DNA of 64,000 nucleotides from an uncultured Gammaproteobacteria bacterium (GCA_964570655.1 CAZMYU010000001.1:65454-129453); one strand, 5' to 3'. Positions 25,800 to 35,539 are shown, numbered from the stretch's first letter. Made by a program: numbers and translations. The notes: generated by a model from the sequence alone, not told the origin.

Positions 25800-27641
25800 T
25801 TAAACTTGCTGAGCTGAGACGCCAGGTTTAGCACCCATCAGCTTGTCCCAAGCCTCTTTTTCAATGGTTTCTTCCACTAGTAACACCTGAACGATTTTTT
25901 CTAAATCATCTTGGTGGCTAGTAATGATTTCTTTAGCTCGGAGACCGGCTCGGCTAATAAAATTAGCGATCTCGTTGTCAATTTGTTCAGCAATTTTTTC
26001 GCTATAATCACGCTGCTCGTGAATCTCTCGACCCAAGAAAATCATTTCTTCTTTTTCGCCATAAGTCCTCAGCCCCAGGGATTCGCTCATGCCATAATCG
26101 GTCACCAGTCTTCGAGCCAGAGCCGTGGCTTGACGCAAATCTGACGTAGCGCCGGTAGTTACATCGCCAAAAATTTCTTTTTCAGCAATTTGACCAGCCA
26201 AAAGCACTGACAATTCTTCCAAAAATTCTTCGCGTCTATGTAAATGCCGATCAGTTTCTGGCAACTTCAAAGTATAGCCACCGGCCTGACCGCGAGCAAT
26301 AATCGAAATCTTATGAACTGGATCAACGTTAGGCAAATAATGAGCCACAAGAGCATGACCCGCTTCATGATAAGCAGTAATCTTTTTTTCTTGATCAGTA
26401 ATTACTCGACTACGACGCTCTGGACCCATCATGACTTTTTCGATAGATTCATACAGCTCGGACATACCAATCTCTTTTTTACCTAAGCGAGCGCTCAGAA
26501 TGGCCGCTTCATTTAAAACATTTTCCAAATCAGCCCCACTATAACCCGGAGTGCGAGAAGCAATTAAATTCAAGTCAACATCTTTGGCTAAGGGTTTTTT
26601 GCGAGCATGCACATCCAAAATCGCTTGACGATCTTTGATATCTGGCAAATCAATGACCACTTGCCGATCAAAGCGACCAGGACGAAGCAAGGCTGGATCT
26701 AAAACATCTGGTCGATTAGTGGCCGCAATGACAATCACATTAAGATGAGATTCAAAGCCATCCATTTCCACCAAGATTTGATTGAGAGTTTGTTCTCTTT
26801 CGTCATGAGAACCGCCCATTCCTGACCCGCGTTTGCGACCAACCGCATCAATTTCATCAATAAAGATTAAACAAGGCGCGCTCTTTTTGGCTTTTTGGAA
26901 TAATGATCTAACTCGCGAAGCTCCGACGCCCACAAACATCTCCACAAATTCCGAACCAGACATATGATAAAACGGCACATTGGCTTCACCGGCCACCCCC
27001 TTGGCCATTAAAGTTTTACCAGTACCCGGGGCACCTAAAAGCAAAACACCCTTAGGAATGCGAGCGCCTAAATCTCGAAATTTTTTGGGAAATTTCAAAA
27101 ACTCCACTACCTCTTGCAATTCCTCCTTGGCTTCTTTGGCTCCGGCGATATCATTAAAAGTGACCTTTTGTTTGGTATCTTTATTAGCATCATTAGGAGA
27201 TGATTGACCAAAACTCATAGCCCGATTATTAGACCCCGAAACTCCCCGCATGGTGAAATAAATAAAGGCGCCGATTAATAGCAAGGGCAAGAGTATCGGT
27301 AAAACACTGAGTAACCAAAAATTTAGTCGACTGTCGTCTTTGACATTAACGCTCACCCCGTTCAATTTACTGGGATCAACATTTAGATTTTTGAGCATGC
27401 CCGAAAACGATTCACCAGGATCTTTTTTGACAATTTTTTTCTGCCCATCTTTTAGAGTCAATTCGATATCATTACCAGAGACCAAAATGTTAGTGACTTG
27501 AGAAGTATTTATTTTGTCGGTCATAAATTCCCAGCCCACAATCTCGGTTTTTTTGCCTACTGAAGAAAACGAACTAAAAATTGCCGCCAAAATCAAGAAG
27601 ACGAAAAAATAAATCAAAAAGTTTTTCATCAAGTTTTTCAT
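25800..27641 (-). CDS. ftsH: ATP-dependent zinc metalloprotease FtsH
   Basis: [28 protein letters not shown]-type Walker B ([11 protein letters not shown]), HEAGHALV zinc site. Confidence 0.97.
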   Translation of the reverse strand: MKNLMKNFLIYFFVFLILAAIFSSFSSVGKKTEIVGWEFMTDKINTSQVTNILVSGNDIELTLKDGQKKIVKKDPGESFSGMLKNLNVDPSKLNGVSVNVKDDSRLNFWLLSVLPILLPLLLIGAFIYFTMRGVSGSNNRAMSFGQSSPNDANKDTKQKVTFNDIAGAKEAKEELQEVVEFLKFPKKFRDLGARIPKGVLLLGAPGTGKTLMAKGVAGEANVPFYHMSGSEFVEMFVGVGASRVRSLFQKAKKSAPCLIFIDEIDAVGRKRGSGMGGSHDEREQTLNQILVEMDGFESHLNVIVIAATNRPDVLDPALLRPGRFDRQVVIDLPDIKDRQAILDVHARKKPLAKDVDLNLIASRTPGYSGADLENVLNEAAILSARLGKKEIGMSELYESIEKVMMGPERRSRVITDQEKKITAYHEAGHALVAHYLPNVDPVHKISIIARGQAGGYTLKLPETDRHLHRREEFLEELSVLLAGQIAEKEIFGDVTTGATSDLRQATALARRLVTDYGMSESLGLRTYGEKEEMIFLGREIHEQRDYSEKIAEQIDNEIANFISRAGLRAKEIITSHQDDLEKIVQVLLVEETIEKEAWDKLMGAKPGVSAQQV

Positions 27642-27668
27642 AACATTAGTATAGCAACCAGCAGTTGC

Positions 27669-28835
27669 CTATTCAAGACCTTCGGTTTTATTATTTTCCT
27701 CATCAGTCTCAACGTTTTTCTTGGCGCTAAGCGCCTTGCGAGAACCGCCGGCCACAAGTTTTAGAGCCAAGCGATGATCCTCGGGAGAAATAGAAAGAAT
27801 CTCAAATTCCCGTTCTTCACCGACTTTAAAGAGTTCAATTATTTTATCATTTTTACCTAAATCAAGTTGAGTAATATGCGCCAAACCATGAATATCATCG
27901 TCGAGCTTCACAAACAAACCAAAAGGATTAATCTTGAGGATGACTCCCTTGACTGGCTGACCAACACTATAACGTTTAGCCGCTTCCTGCCAAGGATCTT
28001 TCATGATTTTTTTGGCACTCAAGAAAATTTTGTTGCCATCCAAATTAATAATCTCGGCTTTGATAGTATCGCCAACTTTGTATAAAGCACTCGGAGAATC
28101 AATTCTCTGCCAAGCTAATTCAGAGATATGAATTAATCCCTCAATATTATCATCAAAAGCCACAAAGACACCAAAATTGGTAACCGCCATAATCTTGCCT
28201 TCCACCACTTGGCCAACTTTGTATTTATCTAATAAGGGTTTTTGTTTTTTGTTCCAAACATCTTTTTCACTGAAAATAATTTTATTATCATCGGGGTTCA
28301 AAGTAATCACATTCACTTCTAATTCTTGGCCGGCAAAAGATTTCAATTTTTCCAAAATCTTGCTCTTGTCACCACCGGAAATTCGCGGATAATTTTCTGG
28401 AGCTAATTGTGAGACTGGCAAAAAACCGCTGATCTGACGAAAATTACAAAGTAGTCCGCCTTTGTTGGCATCAATTACTTTGACCGTGACAGTTTCTTTG
28501 TCTTTGTAGGCCAAGCGCAAAATCTCCCAAGCTTTTTCTTGACCGACTTGTCTAAATGACAATTCCAACTCACCATTTTCGTTTTCAGCTTCTACCACCT
28601 TGGCTTCAATTTCATCGCCAGGTTTTAGATCGGCATATTCTTTGGCTTCATCATAAAGTTCTGGTCCTCTAATAATACCAGTGAGCACTCCATCCACATC
28701 TAAACGCACCTCGGCTTTGGAGGCGGACAAAACTAGACCCTTCACAATGTCGCCGACTTGCGGGACCTTGATATCTTCTTTGTCTAACAACTTTTGAAAA
28801 TCGTCATTAGGAGAAGCCGTAATTTTAGTAGACAT
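27669..28835 (-). CDS. rpsA: 30S ribosomal protein S1 (four S1 domains)
   Basis: Repeated S1 OB-fold pattern (GDIVKGLVL.., G.LPVSQL, GLIHISELAW, GLAHITQL). Confidence 0.85.
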   Translation of the reverse strand: MSTKITASPNDDFQKLLDKEDIKVPQVGDIVKGLVLSASKAEVRLDVDGVLTGIIRGPELYDEAKEYADLKPGDEIEAKVVEAENENGELELSFRQVGQEKAWEILRLAYKDKETVTVKVIDANKGGLLCNFRQISGFLPVSQLAPENYPRISGGDKSKILEKLKSFAGQELEVNVITLNPDDNKIIFSEKDVWNKKQKPLLDKYKVGQVVEGKIMAVTNFGVFVAFDDNIEGLIHISELAWQRIDSPSALYKVGDTIKAEIINLDGNKIFLSAKKIMKDPWQEAAKRYSVGQPVKGVILKINPFGLFVKLDDDIHGLAHITQLDLGKNDKIIELFKVGEEREFEILSISPEDHRLALKLVAGGSRKALSAKKNVETDEENNKTEGLE

Positions 28836-28973
28836 AATAAAAAAAGACTAAATTAACCTCTTGGCTTAAAAACCAAGCAAGTCCCAGGCCCGCCCCAGCC
28901 TAGATTGTAAATAATGGGCGTTAATTTAATTAATGACTAAATAATAGCGGAAAACTTTAAAAATGGCAAGATG

Positions 28974-29002
28974 TTGACAACTATACAAATAAATGATAAA
29001 TT
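28974..29002 (+). promoter_or_regulatory. Candidate promoter (TTGACA-17-TGaTAAATT)
   Basis: TTGACA 28974-28979, 17-nt spacer, TAAATT 28997-29002, about 58 nt upstream of the 29060 start. Confidence 0.4.
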
Positions 29003-29059
29003 CTTCTATTATTAATAGAACTTTAACAATATTAAATAACCTTTAAACATTATTGGATA

Positions 29060-29977
29060 ATGAAAGATTTGATGAAAAAATTATTAGGAGTCAGCGCCGG
29101 CATTGCCGTGACGCTACTCCTCACCCTCAACTTATGGGGAAACGCCTGGTGGCAAATGGCCATAGCTATTATCGCCGGAACACTGATCGGATTACTGATA
29201 GCCCACCCCATAACCAATGGAAGAGGATTCTTAACGGCGATTGCCAAATCACTCAGTTTTACAGCCAATTATTTTTGGCCAATAATTTTGAAACTCCAAA
29301 AAGTAGGAGCTAAAAAAATAGAGACTGAACAATACACAGCCGAAAGATTTAATAATAAAATCGCAAGCACACTACAATTTTTTTGTATTTTCTCTATGAT
29401 TTTGATGTTTGCAGTAATACTTTATCTAGCCCATATCCACTACAACGAAGACAAACCATGGGTAATCATAGTTTTTATGATCGGCTTCGTATTATTAATT
29501 ATTTTTCCTCTAGGAGTTTTAACGGACTGCACTGGATTGTCTAACTGGGCAAAAACAATAAGCGAAGAAAGACAAATTCAAATCTGGGGACAAAAGATCA
29601 TCTCTAATAGATTTGAATTTTATCCAAAAACCGAAGAAGAATTCAGACAGGCAATCTGGCAATCATTTTTGACATCAGCTAAAACAAAAATGAGGATATA
29701 TTTTATGCGCTTGTTTCAGACAAATATTAATTATTGTTATGGCCATACTATTTGCCATTGCCGAAATTCTGGCCTTCCCTTTTGTCTTCTTATTTTTCCT
29801 ACTCCACGGAATAAACAAAGGCCGGAACAACTGGTTAATTATACTTGGAATTATTATCGGCGGGCTCATCGGCACCTGGCAGGCTTCCTGGTTTTGGGGA
29901 TTTGGATCTGGCTTAAGCTTTGTCCTGGCCACCGCTCCACTACCGCAAAGGGAGGTAAAGTTCTTTCCCGTCTTTAG
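29060..29977 (+). CDS. Membrane protein; last ~95 codons of the ORF probably not genuine (possible frameshift into 29739-30023 frame)
   Basis: The first ~210 codons are TM-rich and AT-codon typical. After ~29700 the composition turns Cys/His/Arg/Trp-rich, while the overlapping frame looks like membrane protein. Confidence 0.5.
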   Translation: MKDLMKKLLGVSAGIAVTLLLTLNLWGNAWWQMAIAIIAGTLIGLLIAHPITNGRGFLTAIAKSLSFTANYFWPIILKLQKVGAKKIETEQYTAERFNNKIASTLQFFCIFSMILMFAVILYLAHIHYNEDKPWVIIVFMIGFVLLIIFPLGVLTDCTGLSNWAKTISEERQIQIWGQKIISNRFEFYPKTEEEFRQAIWQSFLTSAKTKMRIYFMRLFQTNINYCYGHTICHCRNSGLPFCLLIFPTPRNKQRPEQLVNYTWNYYRRAHRHLAGFLVLGIWIWLKLCPGHRSTTAKGGKVLSRL

Positions 29978-30023
29978 ATGGAAGGGCTTTAGCGATTCGG
30001 TCCAAAAAATCTGGGCTTGGTAA
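29739..30023 (+). CDS. Membrane protein segment (separate small gene or downstream part of a frameshifted 29060 gene)
   Basis: 94 aa with 2-3 TM helices (ILFAIAEILAFPFVFLFFLL.., LIILGIIIGGLIGTW). The frame opens at 29694, after a TGA at 29691. Confidence 0.5.
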   Translation: MAILFAIAEILAFPFVFLFFLLHGINKGRNNWLIILGIIIGGLIGTWQASWFWGFGSGLSFVLATAPLPQREVKFFPVFRWKGFSDSVQKIWAW

Positions 30024-30043
30024 ACAATTAAAAAGTTCATACC

Positions 30044-30075
30044 AAAAAAAGGCAGTCATCCGACTGCCTTTTTAA
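30044..30075. terminator. Bidirectional intrinsic terminator
   Basis: aaaaaaaGGCAGTC-atcc-GACTGCCttttt between convergent genes. Confidence 0.8.
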
Positions 30076-30092
30076 TTTGCTGTTAACTTTGA

Positions 30093-31973
30093 TTAAACTT
30101 TTATCACCACCGGTAGGACCATGGGGCGCCGTTTGGTTTGGGAAAAAAGAAATTGCCCAACTTCCATCCGAATTTTATTTTTTATAAAATCATCATCAAT
30201 CGGCAAATGACTAGCCTGATCTTTAACAATCTTTTTGGCAATCTGCCGAGTCTTTTCAATAAGGTCTTTGTTTTCTTTCATATATACAAAACCGCGAGAA
30301 ATGAGATCGGGATTACCAATAATATCACTAGTCTTGGTATCAATAGTGGCAATGACCACAATCATGCCGTCTTCGGCCATCATCTGTCTGTCGCGTAAAA
30401 CAATATTAGAAACATCACCCACGCCGAGTCCATCAACCATCACATGATCGGTCATGACTTTTTCTTTGGTAAGCACGCCAACAACTTTATTATTAATCTT
30501 TTTAAATTCCAAAACCTGACCATTGTCGGCTACAAAAATATTGCTTTTGGGAATTCCGACTTGTTCGGCTAATTCGGCATGAGCTCTGAGCATATAATGA
30601 TTAGCTTCAATAGGCATAAAAAATTCAGGTTTGATGAGTCGCATCATTAATTTCAAATCTTCTTGCTTGGCATGACCACCGGCATGAATATCCAACATTT
30701 TGTAGTTAATAACTTTGGCCCCTTGGCGAACAATTTTGTCCATTAGACTTTGAATAGTTCGTTCGTTGCCCGGAATGACCGAAGATGAAAATAACACGGT
30801 ATCGCCATGGCCAAAACTAATGAAGCGATGTTCACCATCGACCACGCGATTCAAAAAGGCGCCGTTGGTTTCTCCTTGAGCTCCGGTCCCAATAATAATC
30901 AATTTATCTTGAGGAAATTTGGCCAAATCGCGATCTTCGATTAATAATTTTGGATTAAACTTCAAATAACCGATTTGATGAGCCACTTCGACATTTTCAT
31001 TAATGCCGCGACCCTGCAATGATACCCGCCGACCGTACTTGGCGGCTAAATCAAATATTTTTTGAATACGACTGAGCTGAGAAGCAAAGGTTCCAATAAT
31101 AATTCGGCCAGTAATTTTTTCAAAAATTTCATCAATTTCTTCACCAATGGCTGATTCTGATAATTGATAGCCAGGATGAGTAGCATCGGTGGAGTCCGAC
31201 ATTAACAACAAGACATCTTGAGCACCAATTTGGGCTACTCGATTTAAATCCGCCGGACGATCATTAACCGGTGAAAAATCGATCTTGAAATCACCAGTAT
31301 GAATCACCTTGCCCACCGGGGTATCGACAATAATAGCAAAACAATCCGGCACTGAGTGATTGACCCGCATAAACCCGACAATAAAATTAGAACCTAATTT
31401 CAAAACAGTCGTCTCATCAATCTCTTGGATCTTGAGCGGTGGAGCACTTCTAAATTCGACTTGTCTTTTACGCACGAGCCCGGCCGTCATCTTGCCCATA
31501 TACATCGGTGGGTTACCAATCTTGCCCATGATGTGCGGAATACCGCCAATATGATCATAGTGACCATGAGTAATAACCACACCTTTGATCCAATCGGTTT
31601 TGTCTTCTAGATAACTGATATTGGGAATAATATAATCAATACCGAGCATGTCTTCTTCCGGAAATTGGAGGCCCATGTCGATAATAATGATTTCTTTATT
31701 GTACTCAATGAGAGTCATGTTGCGACCAATCTCTTCTAGACCGCCCAAAACGATAATTCGTAATTTGTCTTTTTTGTCGCTATAACTAAAAACTTCTTTG
31801 CCCTGACGACCAGCTAAATTTGCCGAACGTCTGGGGCCGTAATTTGGTCGAGCATCCCGAGCAGGACGTTGACGATGTTCAGTATTAGACTTAATAGGTT
31901 TCACGGAAAAACTGCGAGGGGCCGAACCCGAATCGCTAGAACTGGCCCCGCGAGGCCGATACTTAGTAATCAT
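30093..31973 (-). CDS. rnj: Ribonuclease J (with ~85-aa basic disordered N-terminal extension)
   Basis: MBL/beta-CASP motifs: VITHGHYDHIGG, HTGDFKID, and a C-terminal domain. ATG at 31973 avoids overlap with the upstream stop (31988). Confidence 0.9.
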   Translation of the reverse strand: MITKYRPRGASSSDSGSAPRSFSVKPIKSNTEHRQRPARDARPNYGPRRSANLAGRQGKEVFSYSDKKDKLRIIVLGGLEEIGRNMTLIEYNKEIIIIDMGLQFPEEDMLGIDYIIPNISYLEDKTDWIKGVVITHGHYDHIGGIPHIMGKIGNPPMYMGKMTAGLVRKRQVEFRSAPPLKIQEIDETTVLKLGSNFIVGFMRVNHSVPDCFAIIVDTPVGKVIHTGDFKIDFSPVNDRPADLNRVAQIGAQDVLLLMSDSTDATHPGYQLSESAIGEEIDEIFEKITGRIIIGTFASQLSRIQKIFDLAAKYGRRVSLQGRGINENVEVAHQIGYLKFNPKLLIEDRDLAKFPQDKLIIIGTGAQGETNGAFLNRVVDGEHRFISFGHGDTVLFSSSVIPGNERTIQSLMDKIVRQGAKVINYKMLDIHAGGHAKQEDLKLMMRLIKPEFFMPIEANHYMLRAHAELAEQVGIPKSNIFVADNGQVLEFKKINNKVVGVLTKEKVMTDHVMVDGLGVGDVSNIVLRDRQMMAEDGMIVVIATIDTKTSDIIGNPDLISRGFVYMKENKDLIEKTRQIAKKIVKDQASHLPIDDDFIKNKIRMEVGQFLFSQTKRRPMVLPVVIKV

Positions 31974-31987
31974 AATGTTAGAGATAA

Positions 31988-33850
31988 TTAAAACTTGAGT
32001 TTCTTTTTGGTTTTTATAAACCAATTATTAATTAGACTAAAGCGATCACTAGGATCGACAATAGTGGAAGAGTCAAAGCCGCGCAGGCTTTTACTTTGTA
32101 AATAAAGATAATTAGGAGAATACAAAAAGATAGCTGGCAAATCACTATTAATTTGATTTATAAAATTTTTATATTTTTCAATTCTTCTATTTTGGTCACT
32201 ACTTAGGCGTCCTTCCTCTAGCCAAGTATCGACACTACTATTTTTGTAATCAGAAATATTGAGTCCATTGGCCGTGGCCTGAGAGGAATGCCAAAAAGCA
32301 TAGACATCTGGATCGCCACCAGTCAAATAACTAAACAATAAAATTTCAAAATTACGAGATCTGATCACGTCTTCGACCACCGAATCAGCCGAGACAGTTT
32401 TGACCTCTATTTCAACTCCGATATCTTCCCAATATTTTTTGAGTTCAGAAGCCACCGCTAAATTATCAGCAGTATCTAAAACCGTCAAAGAAATTTTTAG
32501 TGGAGTATCGGCCTGATTTTTCTTTTTGGCCAGCTTCACTCGATACTTAGTCGAACTAGACAAAACGTAGCCATCTTCTTCTAATAATTTCATAGCCGCC
32601 GATGGATCAAAATAATACCGATTATCGATATTACCGACAAAAGTGTTCAAAGGAATGGGGGCATTACTAATTTGAGCATTTTCTCGTAAAGCATTTTTGA
32701 CCAAAGAATCTTTATTGACAGCTAGAGCCAGAGCTTTACGAATCGCTGGATCACCCAGTAAAACATTGTTTTTTTGGCCAAAAAACAAAGCATTGATTTG
32801 AGGCCAAGACAATTTGTGCCAAGCCAAAGAATTTTTGGCCAAAACTTTTTCACTCAAATCTAGGGGCAAATAATTCAGGCCGTCGACTTCCTTAGAATTC
32901 AGGGCTCCGAGAGCTTCGGTGGCACTAGGATAAAATTTGAAAACCAACTGAGCAATATAGGGACCATCGCCAAAATAATCTTCATTGGCATCCAAAATAT
33001 ATTCTTTAATATCGCCATTTTTGTTTTTGACCAAAGAATTAAACTTGTAGGGACCTGAACCAACTGGCTTCAGATTCAAATCAGCCAAACTAGCACTAGA
33101 AGGATTAATACTAGCCCACAAATTTTGCGGCAAAATACCAATCGTCAAAAGTTCTAAAAAGCCAGCATAAGCTTCGCCCAAAGTAAATTGCACAGTATAA
33201 TCATCTAGGGCTTGAATACCAATGCCCTGATAAATATTTCTCAAGGGAGAATTATAATCAGCGTTTTTAATAGCTTCAAAAGTAAAAACCACATCATCAG
33301 CTGTGAGGTCATCGCCACTAGTAAATTTGATGTCTTTTTTTAAATGAAAAGTGTAGGTTTTATAATCATCCGAAATCTCTGAACTAGCCACTAGGTCGGG
33401 CTCTAGCTTGCCATCCTGGCCTCGTTTATAAAGAGAAGAATAAACCAGGCGACTCAAATCGCTATCAGCGTCCCGATTGAAATTATACAAAGGATTTATA
33501 TATTTAGGCGCGCCGACTAGGGCCTCGCTATAACGACCACCAAAAAGTGGTGACAAGACTAAATGTTTTTTGTAAAAACGGCCAACTAAAAAAATAACAT
33601 TAATCAAAATAATCAAAAGTAGGATTTTGACCCAAATATTCTCCCGCGAGTTTAAAAATTTTGGTAAATACTTCAATTGCCGAGGGTTAGGAATTTTTTG
33701 GGGAGCCATAGAATAAACCAAGCGCTCATCTAAATTGCTCGGATCGCTATAATGACCTTTTTTTCTAAAAGCCAAAATAGCCCAAACACCACGAAGCCGG
33801 TGTCCAGCTTTTTTGAAAAAAATCTGAAAATAAGAGAAGTTAGGTTTCAC
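31988..33850 (-). CDS. ABC transporter substrate-binding protein, family 5 (peptide/nickel type), membrane-anchored
   Basis: N-terminal TM anchor, then a family-5 SBP-like sequence (..GPYKFNS.., ..DPDVYAFWHSSQ..). Confidence 0.75.
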   Translation of the reverse strand: MKPNFSYFQIFFKKAGHRLRGVWAILAFRKKGHYSDPSNLDERLVYSMAPQKIPNPRQLKYLPKFLNSRENIWVKILLLIILINVIFLVGRFYKKHLVLSPLFGGRYSEALVGAPKYINPLYNFNRDADSDLSRLVYSSLYKRGQDGKLEPDLVASSEISDDYKTYTFHLKKDIKFTSGDDLTADDVVFTFEAIKNADYNSPLRNIYQGIGIQALDDYTVQFTLGEAYAGFLELLTIGILPQNLWASINPSSASLADLNLKPVGSGPYKFNSLVKNKNGDIKEYILDANEDYFGDGPYIAQLVFKFYPSATEALGALNSKEVDGLNYLPLDLSEKVLAKNSLAWHKLSWPQINALFFGQKNNVLLGDPAIRKALALAVNKDSLVKNALRENAQISNAPIPLNTFVGNIDNRYYFDPSAAMKLLEEDGYVLSSSTKYRVKLAKKKNQADTPLKISLTVLDTADNLAVASELKKYWEDIGVEIEVKTVSADSVVEDVIRSRNFEILLFSYLTGGDPDVYAFWHSSQATANGLNISDYKNSSVDTWLEEGRLSSDQNRRIEKYKNFINQINSDLPAIFLYSPNYLYLQSKSLRGFDSSTIVDPSDRFSLINNWFIKTKKKLKF

Positions 33851-33864
33851 AAATATATAAACAC

Positions 33865-34080
33865 TTACTTAAAGAGTACCACAGCTAGAGAACTTAGTAA
33901 AAAAAGAGTTGCTATAATTATAGTAGCAATAAAAAGTTTTTTCTCCAATCCTCTTTTGGTCAAATAAACTCCACCCGAACCACCAAATACTTCGCCGAGT
34001 CCAGCTCCGCGATTTTGCATCAAAACAGACACAATGAGCATAATGGCCAAAATGATTTGAACAACCTGTAACCAAGCCAT
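33865..34080 (-). CDS. secG: Preprotein translocase subunit SecG
   Basis: 71 aa with two TM helices and LMQNRGAGLGEVFGGSGG. Confidence 0.8.
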   Translation of the reverse strand: MAWLQVVQIILAIMLIVSVLMQNRGAGLGEVFGGSGGVYLTKRGLEKKLFIATIIIATLFLLSSLAVVLFK

Positions 34081-34084
34081 AGAA

Positions 34085-34432
34085 TTATTTTTTTATCTTG
34101 TCGATTATTTTTTGTAAGACACTCGGATTGTTAACGGCTAAATCAGCCAAAACCTTTCGATCAATAATAATATTGTTGGTCTTGAGTAAACCAATAAACT
34201 TAGAGTAAGACAGACCCTGATCTTTCACAAAGGCACTAATCTTGATTTGCCATAAGGCCCGATTAGTTCTTTTCTTGAGACGTCGACCAACATAAGAGTG
34301 CGCACCGGCCTTGGTGCGAGCAGTTTTGGCCACTTTGACCAAATTTTTGCGACCCCATTTAAAGCCTTTGACAGCCTTATGTAAAGTTCGTCTTTTTTTG
34401 ACATGAGTTGTACCTCGTTTGACTCTAGGCAT
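34085..34432 (-). CDS. rplT: 50S ribosomal protein L20
   Basis: MPRVKRGTTHVKKRR..RRLKKRTNRALWQIKISA. Confidence 0.95.
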   Translation of the reverse strand: MPRVKRGTTHVKKRRTLHKAVKGFKWGRKNLVKVAKTARTKAGAHSYVGRRLKKRTNRALWQIKISAFVKDQGLSYSKFIGLLKTNNIIIDRKVLADLAVNNPSVLQKIIDKIKK

Positions 34433-34445
34433 AGTTGATTATTAC

Positions 34446-34643
34446 TTAATTATTCTGAGTTAAAACTTTGATAGTTTTATTCAAAGTCTTGGTAGTATTA
34501 ATATCGAGACGTTTAATTCGACCGGTTTTACCAGTTTCTTTAGAATTAAAATGGTCTTGACCACCTTTGCGTTGTTTGACCTTGCCTTTAGCACTAAAAG
34601 TAAAGCGCTTGACCGTGGCCTGATGTGTTTTAATTTTTGGCAT
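34446..34643 (-). CDS. rpmI: 50S ribosomal protein L35
   Basis: MPKIKTHQATVKRFTFSAKGKVKQRKGGQDH. Confidence 0.9.
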   Translation of the reverse strand: MPKIKTHQATVKRFTFSAKGKVKQRKGGQDHFNSKETGKTGRIKRLDINTTKTLNKTIKVLTQNN

Positions 34644-34687
34644 ATTTTTAATAAAAAAACAGGCTAAACCCTGAAAAAGAAGGATTA

Positions 34688-35245
34688 TTACTTTTTGTTA
34701 ACTAATATCATACTAAACCCCGAAGGCTGTCTTGTCAAGGGCTGCTCCTCCTCGATCTTCAAATCTGGCTTGTTTTTAAGATCAGTGGCAAATCCCTGGA
34801 TTAGCTCACGGGCCTTGTCAAAATGCTGTTTTTCTCGACCTCGCAGCATTAATTCTACCTTTAATTTATTATCCCCAGCCAAAAATTTGGCCGCCTGCTC
34901 TAAACGAACGCTTAAATCATGGGGAGAAATTCGGAAAGACAGTCTAATTCCCTTGATATCAATCTTTTTCTGCATAACCTTTTGCTTGTGCAATTTCTTT
35001 TCTCGTTCGTATTTGAGCTGACCCAAATTAACAATTTTGGCAACCGGTGGATTGGCCTTGGGATTCACCTCCACTAAATCCAAGCTAGCCTCACGAGCCA
35101 GACGAATAGCTTCGCGAGTTTCGGTAATACCCAAATGTTCGCCCTCCTCATTAATTAAAAAGACCTGAGGCGAAAGAATTTGCTCATTGGATTTAAAAAG
35201 TTTAATGATTGCTTTTGGTTTGGCTTTTTGATAATTTCTACGCAT
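34688..35245 (-). CDS. infC: Translation initiation factor IF-3
   Basis: ..VFLINEEGEHLGITETREAIRLAREASLDLVEV.. The track ORF (to 35320) runs through tRNA-Gly; ATG at 35245 gives MRRNYQK.. Confidence 0.9.
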   Translation of the reverse strand: MRRNYQKAKPKAIIKLFKSNEQILSPQVFLINEEGEHLGITETREAIRLAREASLDLVEVNPKANPPVAKIVNLGQLKYEREKKLHKQKVMQKKIDIKGIRLSFRISPHDLSVRLEQAAKFLAGDNKLKVELMLRGREKQHFDKARELIQGFATDLKNKPDLKIEEEQPLTRQPSGFSMILVNKK

Positions 35246-35261
35246 AAAATTTTTGGTTATG

Positions 35262-35334
35262 AGCGGGTAAGGGGAATCGAACCCCTCTCTCCAGCTTGGA
35301 AGGCTAGCATAATAAACCACTATACGATACCCGC
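35262..35334 (-). tRNA. tRNA-Gly (anticodon TCC)
   Basis: GCGGGTA..CTAGC-CTTCCAA-GCTGG..AGGGG-TTCGATT-CCCCT-TACCCGC-T. Weak D-stem. No CCA. Confidence 0.85.
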
Positions 35335-35415
35335 TTTCATCCCGTTACACGGGACGAATTAAAAATTAATAATTAATAATTAAAAATTTCTAATTTTTCA
35401 TTGTTAATTGTTAAT

Positions 35416-35452
35416 TTCCTAATCGGCTTTTTATCAAAAGCCGATTAGGAAA
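35416..35452. other. Hairpin immediately 3' of tRNA-Leu
   Basis: CCTAATCGGCTTTT-tatc-AAAAGCCGATTAGG. Confidence 0.6.
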
Positions 35453-35454
35453 AG

Positions 35455-35538
35455 TGCCGCGGGAGGGAATCGAACCCTCACGATATCGCTATCACAGGAT
35501 TTTAAGTCCAGCGCGTCTACCAGTTCCGCCACCGCGGC
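35455..35538 (-). tRNA. tRNA-Leu (anticodon TAA), long variable arm
   Basis: GCCGCGG..CTGGA-CTTAAAA-TCCTG-(variable arm TGATAGCGATATCG)-GAGGG-TTCGATT-CCCTC-CCGCGGC-A. Confidence 0.9.
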
Positions 35539-35539
35539 C

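Noticed and set aside
29675-30040. 121-aa minus-strand ORF
   Set aside because: It is antisense to the better membrane-protein frame at 29739-30023 and runs into the bidirectional terminator. Its composition is atypical.
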